Shown one piece after another: positions 33,671-46,980 of a stretch of 64,000 nt of DNA (its first letter is position 1; every line of letters starts with the position of its first letter). The stretch is from positions 17,508-81,507 of the forward strand of contig CAVXZB010000012.1 of assembly GCA_963765895.1 (NCBI GenBank). Reading direction: 5' to 3'. The stretch comes from an uncultured Nitrososphaeraceae archaeon. GTDB taxonomy: Archaea; Thermoproteota; Nitrososphaeria; Nitrososphaerales; Nitrososphaeraceae. The position numbers and the translations under genes are program-made. Below the pieces are notes generated by a model, which was not told where the DNA came from, made no database searches, and was given only the letters and a program-made list of their open reading frames with translations.

Positions 33671-34771
33671 TTGATCACTAGGCAAGATGTTATAAGTATT
33701 ATTAATAAGTATAACTCAAAAGACATCACTGTTGGGACTATAGGTAGTCATTCTGCATTAGAGATTATGGATGGTGCTAAAGACGAAAATATGAAAACAT
33801 TGTGCATTTGCGAAAAAGGGCGAGAGACTCCATATAAGAGATTTAAACGGATAACTGATGAAATTGTCTTACTGAATAAGTTCTCTGATATAATGAGTAA
33901 AGAGAATCAAAAGAGATTACTACAATCTAATACAATTATTATTGCACATAGAGCATTTACTGCATATTTAGGTTATGACAACATAGAAACCAAATTATAT
34001 GTACCTATATTTGGAAATAGAAGTCTCCTACGTGCTGAAGAACGTAATGCTCATAGGAATCAATATTATCTACTTGAAAAAGCTAGAATTAAACACCCTC
34101 GAATTTACAACAAAGCATCTGATATTGATGGATTAGCAATGGTTAAAATTCAGGAAGCAAAACGAAAATTAGAACGGGCGTTTTTCTTGGTTTCATCATA
34201 TGAGGATTTTAAAAGAAAAAGTAAGAGTAGAGTTGAAAAGGGACTAATCGCGGAAGAAGACATTAATTCTGCAGTTATTGAAGAATATGTAGTTGGTACA
34301 CATTTTAATTTTAACTTCTTTAGTTCTCCATTAAAAGAAGAGACTGAATTTCTAGGTATCGAAAGAAGATTACAAACCAATATTAATGATTTTACTAGCC
34401 TATTGCCAGCTAAACAACAAATGGAAATTGAAATCGAGCCTCAAAATATTGAGGTTGGGCACACTCCAGCGAGTATTCGTGAATCATTATTAGAAAAAGT
34501 ATTCGAAATAGGCGATAGGTTTACTGCTTTTGTGAAACAAGAATATCCTCCTGGGATAATTGGACCATTCTCTTTACAAAGCATAGTAACATTAGAACTT
34601 AATTTAGTAGTTTATGATGTCTCATTAAGAGTTCCAGGAAACCCCATAATGGCAACCACAAGTCCATACACAAAATATTATCATGGTAATACAATGGGCG
34701 TAGGACGAAGAATTGCAATGGAGATCAAAAATGCGATTACAGAAGGAAGGCTTGAAGATATTGTAACATAA
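33671..34771 (+). CDS. purP: PurP-family ATP-grasp protein (FAICAR synthetase-like)
   Basis: IGSHSALEI.DGAKDE, FGNRSLLRAEER, GHTPASIRESLLEK, PPGIIGPFSLQ, MGVGRRIAMEIK. Confidence 0.9.
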   Translation: MITRQDVISIINKYNSKDITVGTIGSHSALEIMDGAKDENMKTLCICEKGRETPYKRFKRITDEIVLLNKFSDIMSKENQKRLLQSNTIIIAHRAFTAYLGYDNIETKLYVPIFGNRSLLRAEERNAHRNQYYLLEKARIKHPRIYNKASDIDGLAMVKIQEAKRKLERAFFLVSSYEDFKRKSKSRVEKGLIAEEDINSAVIEEYVVGTHFNFNFFSSPLKEETEFLGIERRLQTNINDFTSLLPAKQQMEIEIEPQNIEVGHTPASIRESLLEKVFEIGDRFTAFVKQEYPPGIIGPFSLQSIVTLELNLVVYDVSLRVPGNPIMATTSPYTKYYHGNTMGVGRRIAMEIKNAITEGRLEDIVT

Positions 34772-34776
34772 ATTCG

Positions 34777-35208
34777 TCATCTTTCTATCGCCTCCTCAAA
34801 TAAATTCCTTCGTATCCTTATTGGTACATCATAATAAGCAGCTAATGCAATAGAGTCTGAAGCGCGATAATTCCGCAATACTAGGTATTCCTTCCTTCTT
34901 TTGAAATATAAATTTGCCCGTAAAACCGAGCCGCTTTGATATACTTTTACTTCAGTTAGAAGAAGATCTTGCATGACTGCTATCTCTTCTACTAGATTAT
35001 AGATTGTAGGTATTGTATTCTTATCGCCTTCTTGAAACCTTGATATGTGTCTAGCAACTTCACCAGAAAATGCACGCATAGGAAACTCTTTTCCTTCAAA
35101 TGTTTTTAAGATGACGATACCTTCTAGTCCTAGTTGATCTGCAAAACCAACGTAACTTATTTTTACCAGTACATACTCTGCATCTTCTTCTGGAAAGCTG
35201 TCAGGCAT
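34777..35208 (-). CDS. Bifunctional nuclease (DUF151) family protein
   Basis: RASDSIALAAYYDVPI motif. Confidence 0.8.
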   Translation of the reverse strand: MPDSFPEEDAEYVLVKISYVGFADQLGLEGIVILKTFEGKEFPMRAFSGEVARHISRFQEGDKNTIPTIYNLVEEIAVMQDLLLTEVKVYQSGSVLRANLYFKRRKEYLVLRNYRASDSIALAAYYDVPIRIRRNLFEEAIER

Positions 35209-35922
35209 TACAACTGATTATACATTGCTTGGAATTAAAGGTTCTAGTTCATCATAAGTCTTTGCTTCTATCAGAATTGCAGTTCTTGAAAAGATTAAAA
35301 ACATACGGTTCTGCACTTTCGGTGCTCTTGGATGATTTACATTGTTTTGCTGGCGATAGTATTGATAAAAATAGCAGAGTGAATAGACTGGGCCATCGAA
35401 TAGCAACATAGAATCTCCAAGACTATATGACCATTCTCCATAATGGTGTACTGAACTATGTTCAGTCCCAGTTATATCATATATCATTACCTAATTTCTA
35501 GTTTGGTTAAGCCAGCTTTCATCGATATATTACCGCTCCATGTTACTCTTATAAATCGAATAGTCGTAAGACCAATTAGAACAAGAATTGCAACACCGTA
35601 AAGTTCGGGATACTAGATCCTTTGTCTTTACTAGCCCATTCAGCCTACATTAAGCGATGTTATCAGAAAGTAGATTAATAAAAAAAGAGTATGTAATTTA
35701 TCCGAGGCTGAGAACTTATCCTGCTTTCAACCATTCGTATATAATCAAATGGCCAAGAAGTAATGGAATGATATATTTGTGCTTATAAATGCTCTTATGA
35801 TACAATAGATCATAGAGATCGCGTAGGGAAAATTCGATTAAAGTGATATTGTGATATATCGGAAATATGAAAGTATAATGTAAAGTTCAATGAATATGTC
35901 TCAATATATTATTATAAGATCA

Positions 35923-36240
35923 TTAGGACCCTACTCTTTTCATCTTTGAACCACATCTTGGACATGCAGCTTGGTTATGTTTTGTTCCGCAGCTCATACA
36001 ATAATAGCTCAGAGAACTACCACTACCATACCCACCAAACATCGAAGAACCAGACAAACCCATCTTTTTCAATGCCCTTTTTCTCATGTAAAAACTAAGT
36101 AGTATGAATACTGCAATAATGATTGGCAAAGAGAATGGAAATGGTATAAATAACGATATAGCAAGACTGATTCCGAGTGATATTGCTATCCACAATAATT
36201 GTTGTGAAATAAAGTCTTTATTATTACTCAATTCATTCAT
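35923..36240 (-). CDS. Membrane protein with a C-terminal zinc ribbon
   Basis: TM hairpin, then YYCMSCG...CPRCGSK. Confidence 0.75.
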   Translation of the reverse strand: MNELSNNKDFISQQLLWIAISLGISLAISLFIPFPFSLPIIIAVFILLSFYMRKRALKKMGLSGSSMFGGYGSGSSLSYYCMSCGTKHNQAACPRCGSKMKRVGS

Positions 36241-36813
36241 TTACATATAATTATGATACCTTATTTATCTTACGCCAATGATACATCGTTGATATGATGC
36301 TTATTTACAAGCTAATATTTTTTAGAATCATATTCAATTCTTTGTTTTATTTATCCATGTATCTTGAATATATTTGCAGCAGCCTATCTTATTCTCATTA
36401 TTAGATTTATTTAATTTAGATACTCATATTTTATAATCGCTTTGATTTATGACTAACACCTGTGCTGCAATCGATAATCCTACAAATTGTCCTCTATAAA
36501 TAAATGAGATCGCGTAATGTGATAAATAATCTTTCTAGCTTTTTACGTCATATTAATAACAGTATGATAGATTCATATAAGAATTCATATCATCAATGTG
36601 GAGAGTAGGGTACTTTATAATATGTAAAAATTGCTGGAATGAATTTCTGATACTTTCTGATACTTGGAACATAATGATTTTGATTTCAATAGTGATGTTT
36701 TTGATAGGCTTTACTTGAATATTTAATTCATAAGTATATTTCATACTCATTACTATCAAGATACAGGAAGAAGAAAAATTGTCATTTTAAGTTTAGTATC
36801 TGGATGTACGATA

Positions 36814-36856
36814 TACTTGAACACTTAAGTGTTCAAGTAGTTCTACAATTGTAGAA
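36814..36856. promoter_or_regulatory. Two adjacent perfect palindromes (26 bp and 16 bp), candidate operator
   Basis: TACTTGAACACTT|AAGTGTTCAAGTA and TTCTACAA|TTGTAGAA, about 80 bp upstream of the DUF899 pseudogene. Confidence 0.5.
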
Positions 36857-36933
36857 TAGTTATATCGTGATATTGTTATGTAAAGCGTTATCCAATTTTC
36901 ATAAAAGGTAGAAGTAGAGAGGATGACAAAATA

Positions 36934-37643
36934 ATGACACAGTCTTTAGATGTCACCATATTGTTTCCGAGAAGGAGTGTGTTGAATGTCATAAGATCCT
37001 GGTCGAGAATGAAAAGGAGTGCATAATCCTGTGTAGCGGACTTAGCCAGGCAGCGACACGATCTATATTTGGTAGTTGTTAATAAAAAATATATCTTTGG
37101 TGACCAAATGGAAACAAACTCTACCAGAACTTTTTGATGTAAGAAGCCAATTAGTAGTGTATAAATTTATGTTCCATCCAAGCTTTGAGGCAGCGTGTCC
37201 GCACTGTTCCTTTTTGGCTGACAATTTCACCTGTATAAATTGTGCACATGAATCAAAGAGATGTGACCATGATCGCTGTCTCTCGGGCGCCATACGATAA
37301 GCTGGCTGCGTACCGAAAGTGGAGGGCTAGAATTTCAAATGGATGTCTTCTTATAATTCACATTTCAATTTCGACTACAATGTATCCTCATACGTAAATG
37401 GTTAGCCCGGAAAAAGCGTTTTACAATTTCATTACACAAGATCCATATAATTCGGAGCAGGGAGTCAATATTTTAAAGACCCTGCGGATCATGTATTTCA
37501 TACCTAGTCTGCCCTACACACCTGGTATTAATATTCTGAATATAATATACCAATACCTTGATTTAGTTCCTAAGGGACGCGGTGAAGATGGTCACGACTT
37601 CCCACAATTCTGGATGCGCCTCCATGATGAGTATAATATATAA
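36934..37643 (+). pseudogene. DUF899 thioredoxin-like protein
   Basis: LPELFDVRSQLVVYKFMF..CPHCSFLAD, FNFDYNV, YLDLVPKGRGE..WMRLHDEY; several frameshifts. Confidence 0.8.
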
Positions 37644-39194
37644 TGTTAGTATAGATGATTTACGATGAACGAAAAAATAAAGTATAAGCTAATCAAAGTT
37701 ATTAATGTATTTTTAAACTTGTTTATTATTTGAATACTATTTATAGAAACTTGCAATCGACGTAGCTTGGCGCCTCACAGCATATAGGATATCTAACAAG
37801 ATAATCAAGGCCTTGTATCGACAAACAGGCAAGATAAGCTCTAATTAATGCAAATTAGAAAAAAATGACTATTAACATACAATGTCAGAGAATTCCTACA
37901 GTCAATGACGCGAACGGGACGGACTAGAATGGATACTTCATTCATCGGCCTGATAATTATGTAATTGGGATGCATCAGGCACTAAAATATAATTCGCTTT
38001 AGAGCAACTATAAGTTGATCAACTAGGTCATAGGTATACTCAGAGTACTGCCGCAACCTGCAGTGAATTTCTACACTGCAAAGAAGACATTTTTTAGTGA
38101 TAGTCCCGAGATCCGACTTCATAGTATATATGAATCTCATTCATTCTTTTATTATTCTCCGGCCAGCGTTACCATCAGCAAAAAAGTGGTATACTATGAA
38201 ATTTCCATACCATCTTGGTAGTTAGCAATAATAATTTCCCATTACTCCAGATTGGTAATATTAAAAGGTGGGATCTAAAATAATATAAATTATTAGTAGC
38301 TCTTCGTAGCAGCCTGAATTCTTCGGGTTAATTGATACATATTATCATGACATTGACATTCGCAAATTCTTGTTATTTTTGAACCATGAATTGTTTCTAT
38401 TACATTGCCTTCACATAAGCCATGTTCATTTTGCATACACTTTTCCGATTTATACCCCACCAATTAGCTTCTTATGTCTATATTTAATATATACGTGTAT
38501 GTCGAAAACGTTTAGTGAAAATATGGTGGAAGAATGATAAATCTTTCTTATTGCTTATTCCGATACTGTTCCAACCCTATATTTGCCTTCCTTCTGTTCA
38601 CCTATAAAATGCAAAGCACCACATTTTTTACAGTAAATTTAAATATCAAAGTCTATTTTTCCTATTCTGTTTTGACATTATTATTATTATTATTATTCAA
38701 CCTTACTGCTCTTCATTAACTAATCTAATCTTATTATTATTATTATTATTATTTCAACATCTTCTCAAAAGTCTTCAATACCATATTAAATAATATGGTA
38801 ACATAATATTGATGATCCTTACGACAAGACTCTTCTTTCTTTTGCCTTGACAAATACTGCATAGTCAAGCCTTGCTATTGACTGTAATTTCTTTGGTTGG
38901 CGTTACTAAATATGCGTTACTATATTTTACATCATTTCGTCCATCATCTTATTTTACCGTGATCTTTATGTTCCATAATCATTTATCTTGTTCATTGCCT
39001 CGGTATTCATAAAGTAATTTTCTTTAGTAGATATCCATTGCAGTACGAATTTTAATCCATAGTTGCATGATTTGTAACCAGCTTCATATCAGTATATAAT
39101 ACTGTTATGTATATGCGTGTACTATTTGCAAATCCAGATTGTTTGAATTTCGTATTAATCGACTAAACTTGGCATCATATTATGAAGTGATTAG

Positions 39195-40370
<1,176 letters not shown>

Positions 40371-40377
40371 ATTGCGC

Positions 40378-40554
40378 TCAAGACCAGTCCATATAATCTA
40401 TCGTATCGTATTCATTTGTGTGTTTTCTTGAGCACGTATGTGAAGGATTTGCATTCGTAGAAGTTGACTTAAAATCATCAGTACTTCGGTCAGGAACGTA
40501 TAACCCCGGAAATACTTCACCACAAGTTTTGCATTTTAACATAAGCATTGGCAT
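40378..40554 (-). CDS. 58-aa zinc-binding protein (CxxC...CxxxH)
   Basis: MPMLMLKCKTCGEVFPGLYVP...HTCSRKHTNEYDTIDYMDWS; directly upstream of hflX. Confidence 0.7.
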   Translation of the reverse strand: MPMLMLKCKTCGEVFPGLYVPDRSTDDFKSTSTNANPSHTCSRKHTNEYDTIDYMDWS

Positions 40555-41066
40555 TTTATTTATCCATCATCCACATAAGTATGTAATACTTATCTATATA
40601 GACATACTGCTTATCATGAACCGTTGCTTGAACTTCATAGTATTGTCACGGTTATGGATAATTGGATGTTCTTAAGTGGTCATCAGGACAAGCAGTGGCT
40701 GAGGATAATTTTTTGTCTACTCTAATAAATAATGTAGTCTCTATCAAACCTTCTAATTTTTACTTCTAATAATATAGCTCCATTTTTGTTACCTTGCAGA
40801 ATTTCATAAGGATGTACTGTATTCTGATCTCTAAAGAAACAGAGATGTTATTTATCTAGAATAGTATTATATTAATATATACATCAGATATCTTTCCTCT
40901 TTGTTAGGACTCGTATCTTGAGAGAGAGTATCACGAATGCTTTCGATTTTGCTCAAGCATATATTCAGGCGCTTTTGTCTCTTCCTGAGACAGAATTGTT
41001 CTATTAAGAAGTTGAAGGATTAGCCATATTCTATCAGCTAATCAATCAAGTAGCGGTTCTAGGATA

Positions 41067-41870
41067 TCATATTGATGCTGCGGTATTTATTCTCACTTCT
41101 GAAACTTTTACAGAATTGTTATTATCACTGTCATTATTGCCTTGCCCAGATCTACCATAGAATGAAACCTTAATATATTTAGCATCTACTTGTGGGACAA
41201 TGCCATAATTTTCAAATCCGTTATTAGAACCAGAACTAGTTCCTTTAAGAATATCAGTAAATGTTTTACCATCCTTTGAAGTTGATATCATAAAGTTATT
41301 TTCATGTCTATCGCCTTTATCCCATGCAACGTCTAGGCTACACAGTTTCTTTATACTATGTAGATTAAGTTGAAGATACGTTCCAAAGGCTGTTGCGCTC
41401 CATTTTGTTTCTAGATTATTATCTATAGTATTGGTAGGCATGTTTTTATTATTGTCATCATTTATTGTAGGCGCATTAACAGTAACAGATGCAATAGATG
41501 CTGCTTCGCAATTACTGTTGTCACCATAATATGTCGTAATAGGATTGCTGAATGTCATTTGTCCTTCGATTGAAGATAAATTGGTTGTTGTTAGCAATTG
41601 GTTATCAAGCATCTTATTAATATCATTCCTATCATTATCATTTTTATGTTGAGACGAAATACCAGTACTGCAATGCTTCCCCAAACACAATCCTCCAAGA
41701 CACGGATTAGTTGTAAGACATGCTAGGTCTAACCTTTTCTTATTATTATTATTATTAGCATTTACTTCATGACTTTGATTTATTATAATGAATAATGTAA
41801 GGATTAGTAATACCACTAGTTGAAACAGATGGACTACTGAATTGGTTGGCTTATTTTTCATCGACTTCAT
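41067..41870 (-). CDS. Secreted discoidin (F5/8 type C) domain protein
   Basis: Signal/TM helix; IDNNLETKWS, ISTSKDGKTF, AKYIKVS, VSEVRI. Confidence 0.8.
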   Translation of the reverse strand: MKSMKNKPTNSVVHLFQLVVLLILTLFIIINQSHEVNANNNNNKKRLDLACLTTNPCLGGLCLGKHCSTGISSQHKNDNDRNDINKMLDNQLLTTTNLSSIEGQMTFSNPITTYYGDNSNCEAASIASVTVNAPTINDDNNKNMPTNTIDNNLETKWSATAFGTYLQLNLHSIKKLCSLDVAWDKGDRHENNFMISTSKDGKTFTDILKGTSSGSNNGFENYGIVPQVDAKYIKVSFYGRSGQGNNDSDNNNSVKVSEVRINTAASI

Positions 41871-42708
41871 TAAGATATTTGGGATCAGAATATTATTATC
41901 TGCTTTTATAGATTATTTAAGCAAATTGAATTTGTTGCTGCTATAAGTAAATATAATATATAATTTTTTAGATTTTATTTTTCGACAATTCTTTTACTGG
42001 TTTTGTTTCTATATCTAAAATATAACTGAAGTTGATTACTATATATTATGAATATGGAGTAGATCTATCACAAAGTAATATTTAATATTAATAATTTTCG
42101 TAGAAGATAATTCCAGCATGTTATTTGGATATGATAATACTAATATTAGACATTTGATATGGTTTGAATATAAAATTACTAGATTTGTAAGTATAATGAA
42201 AATTCTATGATAATTAAATTATAGTATAAATCTATATTTTATCTTCTAATATTATTGCATATTAAATAGATATATTTTCAGATCACAGATTATAATGCTA
42301 TTAACATATAACAATTTACGAGATTATAGATATATAAAATTTCTGAATAATAATTTTGTTACATTAACAATCTGAAGTTGCATAGTCTTTATTCAAATAT
42401 GTAACTATATTATATTTATTAACGAAACTGTCAGTGAGATAAAGCATCAAATGGTATTAACCTGGAGCAAGTATTACGATCGTTTCCCGATCCTTTTTCT
42501 ATAAAGATACAAATTACATTAAAACTTTTGCATATCGTGATAAATTTTGTATTAAGACTAAGTAATTTATTCAGCTAATTAAGTCATATAAATATCATTA
42601 AATATCACATGCTAAATTTATCACTTTCCGAAAATATTAATAATTATTATGTGAAAGCAAATATGGCAAAGTTATCTTCGATAACTATCGTGTCGCAATA
42701 TGTCCATA

Positions 42709-43998
42709 TTATGGCGTAGTTGGTGCCCGATTAGGCGGCTTAGGAGGTACTGGAGAAGGATTTGGTGGAGGATACGGAATAGATGAAGTTAGAAATAATG
42801 CTGGACGTCCGGCAAGCACAATATTCACCTGTACATGTTTGCCTTCTCTATATACGGTTAATGTAATATTATTGCCCGGAGATTTATTCTGTTCAAGATA
42901 TGATACTAGATCATCAAATCGTGTAATGTTTTTCCCATCGACGGATGTTATTATATCTCCACCATGTTTTTGACCATACTGATCTGTAGTAGACCCTTTA
43001 ATACCAGATTTATCAGCAGAGCCATTCTTTATTATGTTGTCGACTACTACTCCTTTAAGATCAGACGGTAAATTTTTGAATCTTTGAGCCAAATCAGACG
43101 TAAGCGACGTACCTGTAAGTCCAAGATAAGGGTGAGTATAAGTTCCTTTTTCAATCAAGACTGGAATTATTTTTTTTACTGTGTTGGATGAAATTGCAAA
43201 TCCGATTCCAGAAAATCCACCAGTAGATGAAAGAATACCAGTATTTAATCCAATGACATGACCCTTCATATTTAGTAAAGGACCACCAGAATTACCGGGA
43301 TTTATAGCCGCGTCTGTTTGAATTATATCTGATATGGAATATCCATAACTAGGATCTGGAAATAAACGGCCTATCTGACTTACAATACCTGTTGTCATAG
43401 TATTATCCAGACCATATGGATTACCAATAGCTATCACTTGATCACCTACTTCAAGTTCTGATGAATTACCTAATACAATTGGTTTAAAGAGAAAGAGTGA
43501 TGACTTTTGACTACTATTACTGTCTGGACTTATCTTTAGCACTGCCAGATCACTAAAAGGATCTCGACCTGTTACAATGGCACTATATCTATTACCATCA
43601 ATAGATGTCACATCAACTACTTTTGAATTTCCTACAACGTGATTATTGGTAACTATATGTCCCTGTCTATCATAAATAAAACCCGAGCCCAACGCTGTTT
43701 GGTTTTCTCCTCCCGGTTGTTGTGAAGAATTTGGATTTGATATTGGTATCTTACTGGTAACTTGAACTACAGATCCTTCTACTTTTTTGAAAATATCTTT
43801 GATATTAGAAGTGAAATTAGTATTAGAGATATTAGTAGCATTAACTTGAAGATTAGACTGATTTGATATTGGAGATGCAGTGGCGATCTGAAATAAAGAA
43901 GAGTGTGACAATAGTATTGATAATGTTATACTTACTAGTAAGAAAATCATGCCCAAAAACAACTGAAATTTATTTGACTCTTGTTTGGATACACTCAT
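42709..43998 (-). CDS. HtrA/DegP-family serine protease with PDZ domain
   Basis: LGSGFI, TNNHVV, SDLAVLK, QTDAAINPGNSGGPL; PDZ domain; Pro-rich tail. Confidence 0.93.
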   Translation of the reverse strand: MSVSKQESNKFQLFLGMIFLLVSITLSILLSHSSLFQIATASPISNQSNLQVNATNISNTNFTSNIKDIFKKVEGSVVQVTSKIPISNPNSSQQPGGENQTALGSGFIYDRQGHIVTNNHVVGNSKVVDVTSIDGNRYSAIVTGRDPFSDLAVLKISPDSNSSQKSSLFLFKPIVLGNSSELEVGDQVIAIGNPYGLDNTMTTGIVSQIGRLFPDPSYGYSISDIIQTDAAINPGNSGGPLLNMKGHVIGLNTGILSSTGGFSGIGFAISSNTVKKIIPVLIEKGTYTHPYLGLTGTSLTSDLAQRFKNLPSDLKGVVVDNIIKNGSADKSGIKGSTTDQYGQKHGGDIITSVDGKNITRFDDLVSYLEQNKSPGNNITLTVYREGKHVQVNIVLAGRPALFLTSSIPYPPPNPSPVPPKPPNRAPTTP

Positions 43999-45261
43999 TA
44001 ATAAGTCTGAATATTTGAAACAATATATACATTATTATTTTAAAATGTTCTATTGATATGCTTCGCTGCCTATTTTGATCTCTGCACATTTATTATGTAA
44101 ATAGAAAGGTCATTAATTTGGATATTTATGGAATTGCACAATATACATACTATCTTCGATAAATATTATATCTCAATTACAATAATATATATTTTATAGC
44201 GAATCATCATTAGCCATCAGACCAGGTATTATTGTTATTATTGTTATATGAATTGACTAGTTCAGTCGCCATTGATCTTATACTGGTAGTCTGTATAGAC
44301 AAGCACTCGACTAGTATCTAGTTTCGAATGTTGGTCCGATAGATGACTATCCAGTGAAATATCGTACAAATCCTTCATCTCCTCAGATTTCTACTCGCTG
44401 TCTTTATCTATCGCTAAGCCGTCAAAATAAAATGTGCTCTCTGTATCTCGGACTAGAATTTCCAATATGATGTTCAATCCTCTCTAGTCTGTGTGGACAT
44501 TTTCTTCCAAACTTGTGAAAGATATAGATAGACCATTTTGAAGTTGTAGTCATATCTACTACCCATTCTTGTTGGCGATGAATATGATATTGCCAATCGA
44601 CTTTTTATTGTATAACTAATTTGACAAGACAGATGGGTAATTAGTTGATCATGTTCATACATCATGGGAAGTCAGTTCTTCTATCGAATGTGGAGATCTA
44701 GATTATCGCACTCCAATGCAGTATAGAAATAACATATTCGTGAGTTAATATGGTGATGTTAATTATAGCGAGTCTGAAATCATCTTGAATGAGATCAGAT
44801 TGGGGCCTGTCGCTTAACTTTAGACGACTTAGTGGTGTAAACACGAAATTGTTTTAATTATCTGTAATGCCTATTACGTCTTCTGTTATAAAAGTTAAAA
44901 TCGAAAAGGCCAATTGCCCCAAAGGCGGTCAGTGCAATTACCGCTTCTGCAATAGCAACCGATATCTTCACACTCATAATCCACTACGTAGTTCGATCCG
45001 ACATTTTTATCTATTAGTAAGAATACACAATTAACATCCTGAAGAGCTTTATTCCTTTCTCAGACGACGGCTAACACTTTTTCAATTTATTTCGATAAGT
45101 TAGCGGAATCTTAATTAGTTAAGTGTTATACAAAAAAATTGGCTAATTGAGAATATATAGTTATGTATTGATTTTTATTTGGAAAAAACAGGTTATTTAA
45201 TCTAATTATTCTAAATTTATACCTCACAGATAATTATCTAAATAATAAAAAATGAGAGGGA

Positions 45262-45399
45262 TCACTTACCTATCTTAAACATTTTTGTTCCACAGACAGT
45301 ACAAATTCCCTGCGTTGCAGGCTTGCCGTTTTTCATCGTGATCTTTTTCTCATCATTCATTGACCTTTTTGATTTGCATTTAACGCAATATGCTTCCAT
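45262..45399 (-). CDS. DUF5679-type 45-aa zinc-ribbon protein
   Basis: MEAYCVKCKSKR...MKNGKPATQGICTVCGTKMFKIG. Confidence 0.85.
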   Translation of the reverse strand: MEAYCVKCKSKRSMNDEKKITMKNGKPATQGICTVCGTKMFKIGK

Positions 45400-45562
45400 G
45401 ATAATGCAAATGATTAAGCGAGATAAAAAAGAAGCGGTGTATAAAATGATTGTCTGAAAGAATAGTGATACTTACTCATCTTAATTTCTTATGTACAAAT
45501 GATATTTTAGATAATTTATTGTAATAAGGGGCCATTGATTTATAGTTTTCGTCATTACATAT

Positions 45563-45919
45563 TTAGTTATTCCTATTTCCTACTACTTTGAACTTGTAAT
45601 GTTTAAAGACTTCACGGTAATGACGAACATAGCTCTCTGCTACGTCATGGGTTGAGAATGAACATCTAATACCATCAATTGCGATCTTTTTATCGTGCAA
45701 ATCCAAGACTTCGATCACATAAGATTTCGGCAATTTTTTGGCATTTCTTAAGACTATAGATACACTAATTAGTAAGAATAAAATAGTAGACAGAATGATT
45801 AAAGCATATTCAAATCCCTTACCAAAGTTTATGAAATAAGTAATTAGATTATTATCAATCCATTTATAAGTAATATTTAGAACCTCCAATAGAGCAGTTA
45901 TAATAAAATTCAATATCAT
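45563..45919 (-). CDS. Hypothetical membrane protein
   Basis: 118-aa ORF with a TM helix. Confidence 0.5.
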   Translation of the reverse strand: MILNFIITALLEVLNITYKWIDNNLITYFINFGKGFEYALIILSTILFLLISVSIVLRNAKKLPKSYVIEVLDLHDKKIAIDGIRCSFSTHDVAESYVRHYREVFKHYKFKVVGNRNN

Positions 45920-46203
45920 TATTACGTATTTATTAAATACGTACTTATTACTATACTTTCCCTTCTATATATAAGTCCTCTACTTAAAAACACAAAATAT
46001 ATTATAAATATATGAAATCTTATTCATTTTCTTATTTTTGGAATTAAAGTCATTACTGTAAAGTGTGTTGATCCGATCAATAACCTTAATTGCTAAAGCT
46101 TATTTAAACACGGAGAGGGATTAGTCATTGTATGTTTTTAAAAATCAGTAATTTGAGTATATTAGTTTCGGCGTCATTCATTGCCTTTAATTACATCTAA
46201 CAG

Positions 46204-46980
46204 CTAACCCATTCGAACAATTTGAATAAGACTATCAAAGTTATACTTTGTTGGTTTTTGTTTATACAATCTCAATATTTGAATAATTTCATTTTTTGGT
46301 ATGTTTAGTAGATCATTTATTCGTCTGGCAATCACACCGTTAAGTAATAATGCCTGAGTTGCGGAGGTTACATTAGATATCTTTCTGAGATTACTAGAGC
46401 TCTCAAAATCAATAATATTCACATCATCATGTTCGGAAATTAGTACATGACGATCAAGACGACTCAGCTCTCCATGATCCAAATGTATTTTATCGAGATC
46501 ATAACATTTCTTTAAGACAGTAACAACTATGTCGCGAACTTTATATGTGGAAAGATTCTGTTGTTGTCGAATCCAATCTATTATAGTTAAGCCATCTATA
46601 AATTCCATAATAATAAAATTCTCGGTATATGCGAATAAACTAGGGCCAATGCCAATCGAGTTTGCAATCGTATGTAATAATACTTCTCTTCTCATATCTT
46701 TTCTGTCAGCATCTGTTCTTCTTATCTTGCAAGCATAGATCTTATCCTCTATTTCTACCTTGACTACAAGACCCACACAACCTTTACCTACAATATTCGT
46801 TCTACCAATTTTCGTTCTTCCGCCAAATAAGATGGTATTAATCCCAAGGGAGCGTATTTCATTCAAACGGATAGTATAATCTTCAATGCTAAAATTAGGA
46901 TAACAAATAATTGTAGCTAGTTCTGACGGAGTTATGCTAATTTTATTAGATTGTAAGTCTTTCTGTAGTGGTAAGTGCAT
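46204..46980 (-). CDS. Archaeal Ser/Thr protein kinase (RIO/Bud32-like)
   Basis: VGKGCVGLV, IIMEFIDG, LDHGELSR, IIDFES. Confidence 0.85.
   Translation of the reverse strand: MHLPLQKDLQSNKISITPSELATIICYPNFSIEDYTIRLNEIRSLGINTILFGGRTKIGRTNIVGKGCVGLVVKVEIEDKIYACKIRRTDADRKDMRREVLLHTIANSIGIGPSLFAYTENFIIMEFIDGLTIIDWIRQQQNLSTYKVRDIVVTVLKKCYDLDKIHLDHGELSRLDRHVLISEHDDVNIIDFESSSNLRKISNVTSATQALLLNGVIARRINDLLNIPKNEIIQILRLYKQKPTKYNFDSLIQIVRMG

Noticed and set aside
38400-39100. Degenerate coding-like sequence and (TAT)n runs downstream of hflX
   Set aside because: Too broken to assign to a family; short AT microsatellites are common in this window.
44802-44820. GGGCCTGTCGCTTAA resembling the IS6 inverted repeat
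   Set aside because: No convincing partner IR or transposase remnant nearby.
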